The notes under the pieces were generated by a model. That model was not told where the DNA came from. It saw only the letters and a list, made by a program, of their open reading frames with translations, and did no database searches. A stretch of DNA of 62,508 nucleotides, filler included. It is 6 parts of 6 records of this genome, joined end to end, with 100 filler letters (N's around TTAATTAATTAA, not from the genome) between each part and the next. Parts side by side here need not be neighbours in the genome. Positions count along the whole stretch, not along the records: positions 1 to 26,814 come from SRR20825010_1890; 5 more parts are not named here. The stretch is one strand, 5' to 3'. This document shows, piece by piece, positions 10,191-17,428 of the stretch (positions are counted from its first letter, which is position 1; each line of letters opens with the position of its first letter). Both the position numbers and the translations under genes were made by a program.

Positions 10191-10883
10191 ATGCCCACCA
10201 CCGCCGCTGCCGCCCAAAACCTGGGTGTCATTGAGACCTCTATCAAATTTATTCAGGATGGCGGGTTCTTCATGTACCCCATTCTGATTGTGTTGGCACT
10301 GGGCCTGGCCCTGTCTCTGGAACGCATCATCTACCTCCAGGCCACCAAAGCAAAAAACCAGAAAACCTGGAAAGACGTTTACCCACTGATTGCCAAGGGC
10401 CAGTTCCGTCAGGCTCTGGATGTGGTCAGCAACAGCAACACCGGCATGGCCAAGGTGATTGGCTACGGTCTGGAACGTGCCAAATCCGCCAAGCGTCACG
10501 ATGATATCGAACTGGCCATGGAAGAAGGCCTGATGGAAATCATTCCGCGCCTGGAAACCCGCACGCCTTACATCGCCACCTTTGCGAACATCGCCACCCT
10601 GCTCGGTCTGCTCGGTACTATTCTCGGCCTGATCAGCGCCTTTACCGCCGTAGCCAGTGCAGACCCGGCCCAGAAAGCTGACCTGCTGTCTGCCTCTATC
10701 TCTGTGGCCATGAACACCACCGCGTTCGGCCTGATCGCTGCGATCCCCATGTTGTTGGCTTTCGCCTTTATCAATTCCATGACCGGCAAACTGGTCGACA
10801 GCATGGAAATGGCCTCGGTGAAATTCGTTAACGTATTCCGCCAGGTTTCTGCCCAGCAAGAGCGCAAGAACGACGGCCAATAA
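10191..10883 (+). CDS. MotA/TolQ/ExbB proton-channel protein (AglR-like)
   Basis: GGFFMYPI, ATLLGLLGTILGLISAF, ISVAMNTTAFGL; GGAG RBS at 10181. Confidence 0.92.
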   Translation: MPTTAAAAQNLGVIETSIKFIQDGGFFMYPILIVLALGLALSLERIIYLQATKAKNQKTWKDVYPLIAKGQFRQALDVVSNSNTGMAKVIGYGLERAKSAKRHDDIELAMEEGLMEIIPRLETRTPYIATFANIATLLGLLGTILGLISAFTAVASADPAQKADLLSASISVAMNTTAFGLIAAIPMLLAFAFINSMTGKLVDSMEMASVKFVNVFRQVSAQQERKNDGQ

Positions 10884-10924
10884 GCCGATTTCTTGTTTTC
10901 GCTAACCTGGTGTAAGGATCTGGT

Positions 10925-11455
10925 ATGCGTTTTCGCAGACGACGTTCGCACGACACCGAGGTGGAACTGAACATCACTGCCTTTTTGAATTTGATGGTAG
11001 TGCTGATTCCTTTTCTGCTGATCAACGCGGTCTTCGCGCAGGTATCCATCCTGCAACTCGACCTGCCCGCGGTGAATGACAGCAGCACCCCCTCGGAAGA
11101 CGACGAAAAAGACAAGCTGGTGCTTGAAGTACTGATTTATGGCAACCGCTATGAAGTGGTCGACCGTAATACCAGTGCGGTACTCAAGATTGTGAAAAGC
11201 AATGGCGAGAAGCCCAATAGCACCGGCCTGCACGATTACCTTGTGAAGGTAAAAGAAAAGTTTCCTCAGGAAACCGCTATTACCCTGCTGTGCGAGGATG
11301 ACACCCCCTACGAGGTGATGATCCAGACTATGGACGCCGTGCGTCTGTACAACAGCGAGGTCAACGGCCAAACCATCAAGAAAGAGTTGTTCCCGAGCAT
11401 CAGCATCGGTTCAGCCCCCAAGGATCAAAGCGCCGGCCAGGGAGGTGATGCATGA
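10925..11455 (+). CDS. ExbD/TolR-family protein (AglQ-like), TM Asp replaced by Asn
   Basis: Basic N-terminus, ELNITAFLNLMVVLIPFLL TM, DTPYEVMIQTMDAVR, ELFPSISIG. Confidence 0.88.
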   Translation: MRFRRRRSHDTEVELNITAFLNLMVVLIPFLLINAVFAQVSILQLDLPAVNDSSTPSEDDEKDKLVLEVLIYGNRYEVVDRNTSAVLKIVKSNGEKPNSTGLHDYLVKVKEKFPQETAITLLCEDDTPYEVMIQTMDAVRLYNSEVNGQTIKKELFPSISIGSAPKDQSAGQGGDA

Positions 11456-11952
11456 AGAAGTCATCCCGTGCTCGCCGCATGGCCCGACATCACGGCAAGC
11501 ACAAGGCTGTTGCCACACTGAACCTGACATCCCTGATGGACATTTTCACCATCCTGCTGATCTTTCTGCTGGTGAATAACAACAATGCGGCGAAGCTGCC
11601 GGACAATCAGGATATCCAGTTACCGGAATCCATTGCCCAGGAGCTGCCCACCGAGGTGCTGACCATTCAGGTAAGCCCTACGGACATCATTGTTGAAGGG
11701 CAAAAAATCGCTGATACCGAAACAGTCAGAAATCAGGAAGAGCGTACCGTGGCGGCGCTGGTGGAAGAATTGAATTTCCGTGCCTCGCAGGGGCTGGCGA
11801 TCAGCCCGGACGAAGACCGGGAAATAATGATTCTTGCCGACCGCTCGGTGCCCTACTCGGTGATCAAGAAGTTGATGCGTAGCTGTATGGAAACCCCGTA
11901 CACACAAGTCGCCTTCGCTGTGCTGAAAGTCGCAGAGGAGGAGGAAGAATGA
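11452..11952 (+). CDS. ExbD/TolR-family protein (AglS-like)
   Basis: LNLTSLMDIFTILLIFLL TM with the conserved Asp; ILADRSVPYSVIKKLMRSC. Confidence 0.9.
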   Translation: MKKSSRARRMARHHGKHKAVATLNLTSLMDIFTILLIFLLVNNNNAAKLPDNQDIQLPESIAQELPTEVLTIQVSPTDIIVEGQKIADTETVRNQEERTVAALVEELNFRASQGLAISPDEDREIMILADRSVPYSVIKKLMRSCMETPYTQVAFAVLKVAEEEEE

Positions 11953-12938
11953 CGCAGAAAAACAATAACAAGCTGCGCATACTGATCGACGGCTCGCTGC
12001 CTTGGGACAAACAGGAGGGGGAAGACCGACGCCTATACGGCATCGTGATCGTTCTACTGATTCTCTCTTTGCTGATCATGATCATGGTGAACGCGGTGAC
12101 TATCGAGAAACCGGATCGCCGTGAGCAGCAGAAAATTCCGGAGCGCCTTGCGCAACTGGTCATGGAGAAGAAAAAAGAACCACCACCTCCGGAGCCCGAA
12201 CCGGAACCCGAGCCGGAAGAGAAAAAGGAAGAACCCAAAAAAGAGGAGCCTAAACCGGAGCCCAAGCCTGAGCCGAAACCCGAACCCAAGCCCAAACCGG
12301 TACCGGAACCTCAGGAGCGCCAGCAGGCCCGTGAAAAAGCACAGGCCAAACTGGAAGAAGACCTGGGCGATTCCCTGGCCGGGCTGGATGATATCGGTCC
12401 GCTTGTGAACTCCGGCAATGACCTGCGAACCGGTGGCAGCACCACCGCCAAGGCCGAACGTGACCTGATCGGCACCCGTGCCGGCAGCGGCTCCGGTGGC
12501 GTTGCTGTAGCCCGTGCCTCAAGTGGCGGCGGAGGCGGTGGCACACTGTCTTCCGGCACCGTGGGCAGTGGTGGCAAGCAGGTGGACAGCAAGATCGCCC
12601 AGGCCGGTGAAGCGGCCAGCACCTCGCGCAAAGGTAGCGATGGCAAGAGTCGTCGCAGCCAAGAGCAAATCTCCCGAGTATTTGACCGTTACAAAGGCAA
12701 ATTCTACAGTCAGTACCAGCGGGCCATGCGCAGCAACCCTGCCCTGCAAGGAACCGTGGTACTTGCGCTCACTATCGCCCCCAGTGGCGACGTGCTGGAC
12801 GTGAAGATCAAGTCCAGTCAGCTGGGTGATGACAAGCTAGAACGGCGGATCCTGCTGGTGGCCCGAAAGATGAACTTTGGCGCCATGGACGTGGAAACCT
12901 GGAAAGGCGATTTCAAGATGAATTTTTTCCCTAACTAA
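11949..12938 (+). CDS. TonB-like energy transducer with AgmX/PglI (GltG-type) C-terminal domain
   Basis: N-terminal TM, Pro/Glu/Lys-rich linker (PEPEPEPE, PKPEPKPE), Gly-rich spacer, YQRAMRSNPALQGTVVLALTIAPSG, ends FFPN. Confidence 0.85.
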   Translation: MTQKNNNKLRILIDGSLPWDKQEGEDRRLYGIVIVLLILSLLIMIMVNAVTIEKPDRREQQKIPERLAQLVMEKKKEPPPPEPEPEPEPEEKKEEPKKEEPKPEPKPEPKPEPKPKPVPEPQERQQAREKAQAKLEEDLGDSLAGLDDIGPLVNSGNDLRTGGSTTAKAERDLIGTRAGSGSGGVAVARASSGGGGGGTLSSGTVGSGGKQVDSKIAQAGEAASTSRKGSDGKSRRSQEQISRVFDRYKGKFYSQYQRAMRSNPALQGTVVLALTIAPSGDVLDVKIKSSQLGDDKLERRILLVARKMNFGAMDVETWKGDFKMNFFPN

Positions 12939-12976
12939 AACCAGGACGCGGCACGCAACACGCCGCAGGCAACATG

Positions 12977-13017
12977 AAAAAGGCGGAAATGGACTCACCT
13001 CCATTTCCGCCTTTTTT
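12977..13017. terminator. Bidirectional intrinsic terminator
   Basis: aaaaaggcggaaatgga-ctcacc-tccatttccgcctttttt between convergent genes. Confidence 0.85.
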
Positions 13018-13040
13018 CTATCATTAACCGTGTAGCGTGT

Positions 13041-13071
13041 TGTCGGCTTACGGCTACGCCTAATTCGACCT
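13041..13071 (-). repeat. Degenerate REP-like palindrome
   Basis: Minus strand aggtcgaattaggcgtagccgtaagccgaca resembles GTAG-family REPs; single copy in the window. Confidence 0.35.
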
Positions 13072-13217
13072 TGTGTCTCTCCGGCGTAAGGATTTGCTAC
13101 CCTTCCGCCACTGCTGGCGGGCAACCCGTAGTCGACCTGAGGCCCTGAGCCTGTGATGTAGCTACATGATGAGCAAGCTGTTACTGAGTATCACCCTTTT
13201 CTGACAACGATAACTCT

Positions 13218-13652
13218 CTACTGCGCCAGTCGTGCTAACGCTTCACGCAGGGCATCAGGAATGGCTACAGGTCGCCCTGTTGTTCGATTCACGAACACAT
13301 GCACCACAAAACCGGTGGCCTTGGCCGGGCCTTCACTGCCGAATAGAGCCAAGCCATAGCGCACAGAGCTGTTCCCCAGCTTGTCCACCTTCATCCCCAC
13401 CACCAAAGATTCCGGATAGGCTGCCGCTTCCAGATAGTCACAACCGGAGCTGACCACATAGGCGATGTGCTCGCCATCATGGATATCCAACCCGCCTTCG
13501 TCGACCAGGTACCGGTTGATGGTGGAATCAAAATAGCTGTAATACACCACATTGTTGATGTGGCCGTAGATATCATTATCGCTCCAGCGGCTATCCACCG
13601 GGCAGAGGTAACCGTATTCCTCACGCTGAGGACGGCCTGGTTTATCGCTCAT
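13218..13652 (-). CDS. Acyl-CoA thioesterase (4HBT/YbgC hotdog family)
   Basis: RWSDNDIYGHINNVVYYSYFD, LGNSSVRY, FVHVFV. Confidence 0.9.
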   Translation of the reverse strand: MSDKPGRPQREEYGYLCPVDSRWSDNDIYGHINNVVYYSYFDSTINRYLVDEGGLDIHDGEHIAYVVSSGCDYLEAAAYPESLVVGMKVDKLGNSSVRYGLALFGSEGPAKATGFVVHVFVNRTTGRPVAIPDALREALARLAQ

Positions 13653-13696
13653 TCGTGTATTCCCTGAAAGTAACAGCGCGTGTCGCGTCTCTTTAA

Positions 13697-14854
13697 TTAA
13701 TAAACTGCCTTGTAAATATTCAGGGCATCCGCCTCCGTTACTTCCCGGGGGTTATTCACCAGCAGCCGTTGCTGCAGCATGGCATCCGCGGCCAGCGTTT
13801 CCAGGCTGTCTTCGGTGACCCCGGCATCACGCAGGCGTACCGGCAGGCCCACCTCACGGATCAGCGACTCCAGCGCAGCGATCAGCACGCCGGCGCCATC
13901 TTCATGGTCAGCAAAGGGACGGTCACTGAGAATCGGCGCCAGTTCAGCATAGAGCGGCGCTGCCTTGGGCAAATTGAAACGCAACACTTCCGGCAAAACC
14001 AAAGAATTGCTCAAGCCATGGGGGATGTGAAAATGCCCTCCCAGAGGGTAAGCCAGCGCGTGTACCGCCGCTACCGGGGCATTGGCAAAGGCTTGCCCCG
14101 CCATCATTGCACCCAGCAGGCAAGCTTCCCGGGCAAGCAGATTGCTGCCCTCCTTCACTGCCGTAGCCAGATTGCCCGCCAACAGGCGCAGCGCTTCACG
14201 GGCCAGCATGTCGGAATAAGGATTTTTCTTGTGGGCACTGGTGTAGGCCTCGATGGCATGCACCATGGCATCTATGCCAGTGGCGGCCGTAACATGAGGC
14301 GGCAACCCCAAGGTCAGCTCGGCGTCCAGCACAGCCAGGTCCGGCAACAACGACGGCGCGACCACACCCGCCTTGGTGGTCGCACCGGTGGTCACGATTG
14401 CCACCGGCGTCACCTCAGAGCCTGTACCCGCCGTAGTCGGCACCTGCACCAATGGCAGTCGCGGCCCCGTTGCCAGGCCAACGCCGTAAATATCGGACAA
14501 CTGCTGACTGGCCTTGGGGTGCGACAGCAAGGCAACCAGCTTGGCCACATCCATGGATGAGCCACCGCCAAAACCAATCACCAGATCCGCGCCAGCATCC
14601 TTGGCCTGCCCGGCGGCGTCCAGCACCACCGAATCGGCAGGGTCCGCACTGACCTGATCGAAAATCACCAGGGGCATATTGGCGCTGCGGAAACTCTCTT
14701 CCACTGGCCCCAGCAAGGGCGTGCTGCGAATACCGGGATCGGTGACCAGCATGACCCGGCTGGCGCCCAGCTGCTGGCACAGTTCAGGCAAACGGGTTGC
14801 GGCCCCCGCTTCCACCAACACTCGGTGCGTGGTGGCAAATTCAAACCCCACCAT
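13697..14854 (-). CDS. Iron-containing alcohol dehydrogenase
   Basis: GFGGGSSMDVAK, PTTAGTGSEVT, GIDAMVHAIEAY, HALAYPLGGHFHIPHG; start at MVGFEF. Confidence 0.93.
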   Translation of the reverse strand: MVGFEFATTHRVLVEAGAATRLPELCQQLGASRVMLVTDPGIRSTPLLGPVEESFRSANMPLVIFDQVSADPADSVVLDAAGQAKDAGADLVIGFGGGSSMDVAKLVALLSHPKASQQLSDIYGVGLATGPRLPLVQVPTTAGTGSEVTPVAIVTTGATTKAGVVAPSLLPDLAVLDAELTLGLPPHVTAATGIDAMVHAIEAYTSAHKKNPYSDMLAREALRLLAGNLATAVKEGSNLLAREACLLGAMMAGQAFANAPVAAVHALAYPLGGHFHIPHGLSNSLVLPEVLRFNLPKAAPLYAELAPILSDRPFADHEDGAGVLIAALESLIREVGLPVRLRDAGVTEDSLETLAADAMLQQRLLVNNPREVTEADALNIYKAVY

Positions 14855-14964
14855 GGTGTCTCTCCATCGAAATTTGGAATGTGATTTTATGCTAGCACAG
14901 CTGACCATGGGCGGAGGTGCCAATCCCCACGGATTTCACGCCAAAAGTGTATCTGTTTATCAAT

Positions 14965-14988
14965 AAAAAACGCGCCCGAAGGCGCGTT
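14965..14988 (-). terminator. Intrinsic terminator after GMC-A
   Basis: Minus strand aacgcgcc-ttcg-ggcgcgtttttt. Confidence 0.85.
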
Positions 14989-15012
14989 CTGAGTCGTCAT
15001 GATGGGACCCGA

Positions 15013-16611
15013 TCAACCAATGAAGTAGCTGCTCGCCTTGGCATTGATCTGGTCACTGACATACTTGGCCAGCGCCTGCACCGTCCACTGGGGTGGCGCG
15101 CTCATGGGCTCGGGAATCAGGCTGGCATCCGCCACGAACAGCCCCGCAGTCCCATGGACCTCACCATTGGGCGCCACCACGGATGTATAGCTGTCAGCGC
15201 CCATGCGGCATGTACCGTGGGGACTGAAACTGTTGGAGCGAAAGGTGTACATACCCTTGATGCCATAATCCACTTGCGCCAGTTTTTCATCCAGGCTGAA
15301 TACAGAGTCCACTTCCAGACTCTGGAAGGTCGGCATGAACACTTTCTCGGCGCCACCGGAAAAGAAGATCCGTGCGGCCAGCGCCGCCGATGCCTTCATG
15401 TTCTCAAATTCTTCCCGGTTGGGGTTCCAGTGAATGGTCTTGCCGCCGGTATAGGCGTCGCCATCCCACTGCACATACCCCCGGCCCAGATCGGTGCTGA
15501 AAGCGTTCACCCCGGCGTAGTACTTGTAGTCCTTCATGAAATCGATATGCGCCTTACCGGCCTTCATATCGCCTTGCGCCATGAGGGACTCCGGCTCCGC
15601 CAGTCCCGAGAAAATGGTGTAGCCGTCCGTGCGGGTAAACTCATCCACCTGCACCCCGACCAAGGCACCACGGAAGCCGTAAAGCGGCTCCTTGAATTTC
15701 CCCATCACCTGGGTGAACGGCTGGATGGACAAGTTACGACCCAGTTGCCCGCTGCGATCTGCAATGTCACTGCGCTGCATGATCAGCGGGCTGTGAATGG
15801 CCCCCGCCGCCAACACCACCAAATCCGCATCCACCTGCATATCTGCCACATGGGCGCCGCTATCCGGGTCAGTCACCCGGGCTTCCACCCCGCTAGCCCG
15901 GCCGTTGCGGGTGCGCACTTTTACCACTTCCGTATCCGAGAAAATCCGTGCGCCATGCGCGGCCGCCCAGGGTAGATGGGTCACCAGGGAACTCATCTTC
16001 CGGTCCGACGGGCACCCTGCCAGGCAATGCCCTGTGAGCGCGCACTGCTTCACATTGCGCTGGGCAGGCTTCCAGGAGAACTGCATTTTCTCGCAGCCCT
16101 GAATCACCTTGTGGGCACAGGCATTGATTTCGTGGGCTTCGTTGATGTGAATCTGTAGCTGGTCGGCCACGGTATCCAGATAAGGGCGAAACTTTTCCGC
16201 AGACAAATTATCCAGCCCGTACTTGGCAGCCCAACCATCGAGCACATCATCGCCCGGCTCTTCCATCACGCAGGCACCAATCACCGTGGATCCCCCCACG
16301 CAGGCGCCCTGCACAAAAATGATATCTGCAGTGGTATTCACCTGGCCTACCTGATCCTGATAAATCTTGGTCATGGTATCGCCAAGGTGCTCGGTAAAGG
16401 CCGAGCTGGGATAGTACCGCCCGGATTCCAGCACCAGCACATCCCGACCGGCCTTGGCCATTTCATAGGCCACCATGGCACCGGCGGCTCCGGAGCCCAC
16501 CACCACCACATCGGTTTTCAGTGTGAATCGCTTACCCAGGCTGGCATCCAGTGCCACGTCTTTTGCCTGGGTGACAGGAACCCCGTCCCGGGCTACTCGT
16601 ACAAACGCCAT
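15013..16611 (-). CDS. GMC oxidoreductase (GMC-A) with a divergent active site
   Basis: GSGAAG FAD motif, CALTGHCLAGC Cys cluster, AAGAIHSP, GTCRMG, ADASLIP. Confidence 0.88.
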   Translation of the reverse strand: MAFVRVARDGVPVTQAKDVALDASLGKRFTLKTDVVVVGSGAAGAMVAYEMAKAGRDVLVLESGRYYPSSAFTEHLGDTMTKIYQDQVGQVNTTADIIFVQGACVGGSTVIGACVMEEPGDDVLDGWAAKYGLDNLSAEKFRPYLDTVADQLQIHINEAHEINACAHKVIQGCEKMQFSWKPAQRNVKQCALTGHCLAGCPSDRKMSSLVTHLPWAAAHGARIFSDTEVVKVRTRNGRASGVEARVTDPDSGAHVADMQVDADLVVLAAGAIHSPLIMQRSDIADRSGQLGRNLSIQPFTQVMGKFKEPLYGFRGALVGVQVDEFTRTDGYTIFSGLAEPESLMAQGDMKAGKAHIDFMKDYKYYAGVNAFSTDLGRGYVQWDGDAYTGGKTIHWNPNREEFENMKASAALAARIFFSGGAEKVFMPTFQSLEVDSVFSLDEKLAQVDYGIKGMYTFRSNSFSPHGTCRMGADSYTSVVAPNGEVHGTAGLFVADASLIPEPMSAPPQWTVQALAKYVSDQINAKASSYFIG

Positions 16612-16626
16612 TATTATTCTCCGCCC

Positions 16627-17223
16627 TTACGCCCGTGGTAACGGGGCATTCCCCAATCGTCGTACACCCCACAACTCCGTCACCGGCCCATGATATTCCA
16701 GCCCTGGCCAAGTACGCTCGTCACGCCAGTAGTTCAATGCCACCAAGGCTTTCAGGGTGGTCATCAGCCCGCGCTCAAAGAACGAGCCTTCCTGCATGGC
16801 ATCCACATAAGCCAACGCCTTGTCATCGGGCAAACCGGTAAAGCGGCTGAATTTGAAACTGACCATGGGCCGGTTGTTGAACACCCAAATCCCCAGTCCC
16901 AGCAATTCGCGGGTCTGCGGCGGCATTCGCTGGGCCATGGCATCCACGTTTTTTATGGTGGGTACGACATCGGTACTGGAGGGCAACCCATAACGATCAG
17001 CGGGGATCATCACCTCGGTCAGGCGGGTGATCACTTCGACTTCGTCGTCATTGAGGCTGTGATATTCGAGGGTTTCCGGTGCCTCACGGCGGCCGAACAG
17101 ACTGGAACAGCCGGAGGTGAAGGCGGCACCCGCCAGCACACTGGTACGCAGGAACCCACGGCGGCTCAGTGGCTCCAGGCCACCCAGAAAGCCGGGCAGC
17201 GGCGCACGGTTATTCTTCTTCAT
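16627..17223 (-). CDS. Tat-exported small subunit (gluconate 2-dehydrogenase subunit 3-like), probable lipoprotein
   Basis: SRRGFL twin-arginine motif then TSGC lipobox; YW…TW…YHGPV…LGNAPLP C-terminus. Confidence 0.8.
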   Translation of the reverse strand: MKKNNRAPLPGFLGGLEPLSRRGFLRTSVLAGAAFTSGCSSLFGRREAPETLEYHSLNDDEVEVITRLTEVMIPADRYGLPSSTDVVPTIKNVDAMAQRMPPQTRELLGLGIWVFNNRPMVSFKFSRFTGLPDDKALAYVDAMQEGSFFERGLMTTLKALVALNYWRDERTWPGLEYHGPVTELWGVRRLGNAPLPRA

Positions 17224-17336
17224 TGAGACCCTCTCCTGGGCAGGCCTGTTTTCTTTCAGGCCCTTGTTGTTATTGGTGGAGCGGTAGTTGCCATCGTTAT
17301 TATTGGTTGAGTCTATAACAAACCGTTACAAACGCC

Positions 17337-17360
17337 AAAGCCCCCGGCGCAACCGGGGGT
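17337..17360 (-). terminator. Probable terminator between the two Tat/GMC modules
   Basis: Minus strand acccccgg-ttgcg-ccgggggcttt. Confidence 0.55.
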
Positions 17361-17428
17361 GGGCATTATGATCAAGGGGAAATACGCTATCGCGAAAGGC
17401 GGCACTGCGGGCATCCCTGCCCGCTATT

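Noticed and set aside
12177-12312. Short tandem repeats as a CRISPR array or VNTR
   Set aside because: They encode the PEPE/PKPE proline-rich linker of the TonB-like protein; there is no repeat-spacer structure and no cas gene.
10191-12938. Canonical Tol-Pal or iron-uptake TonB-ExbBD
   Set aside because: No tolB, pal or adjacent receptor; two dissimilar ExbDs and upstream TPR genes fit an Agl-Glt-type core better. The thioesterase at 13218 is convergent, so it is not the tol-operon ybgC.
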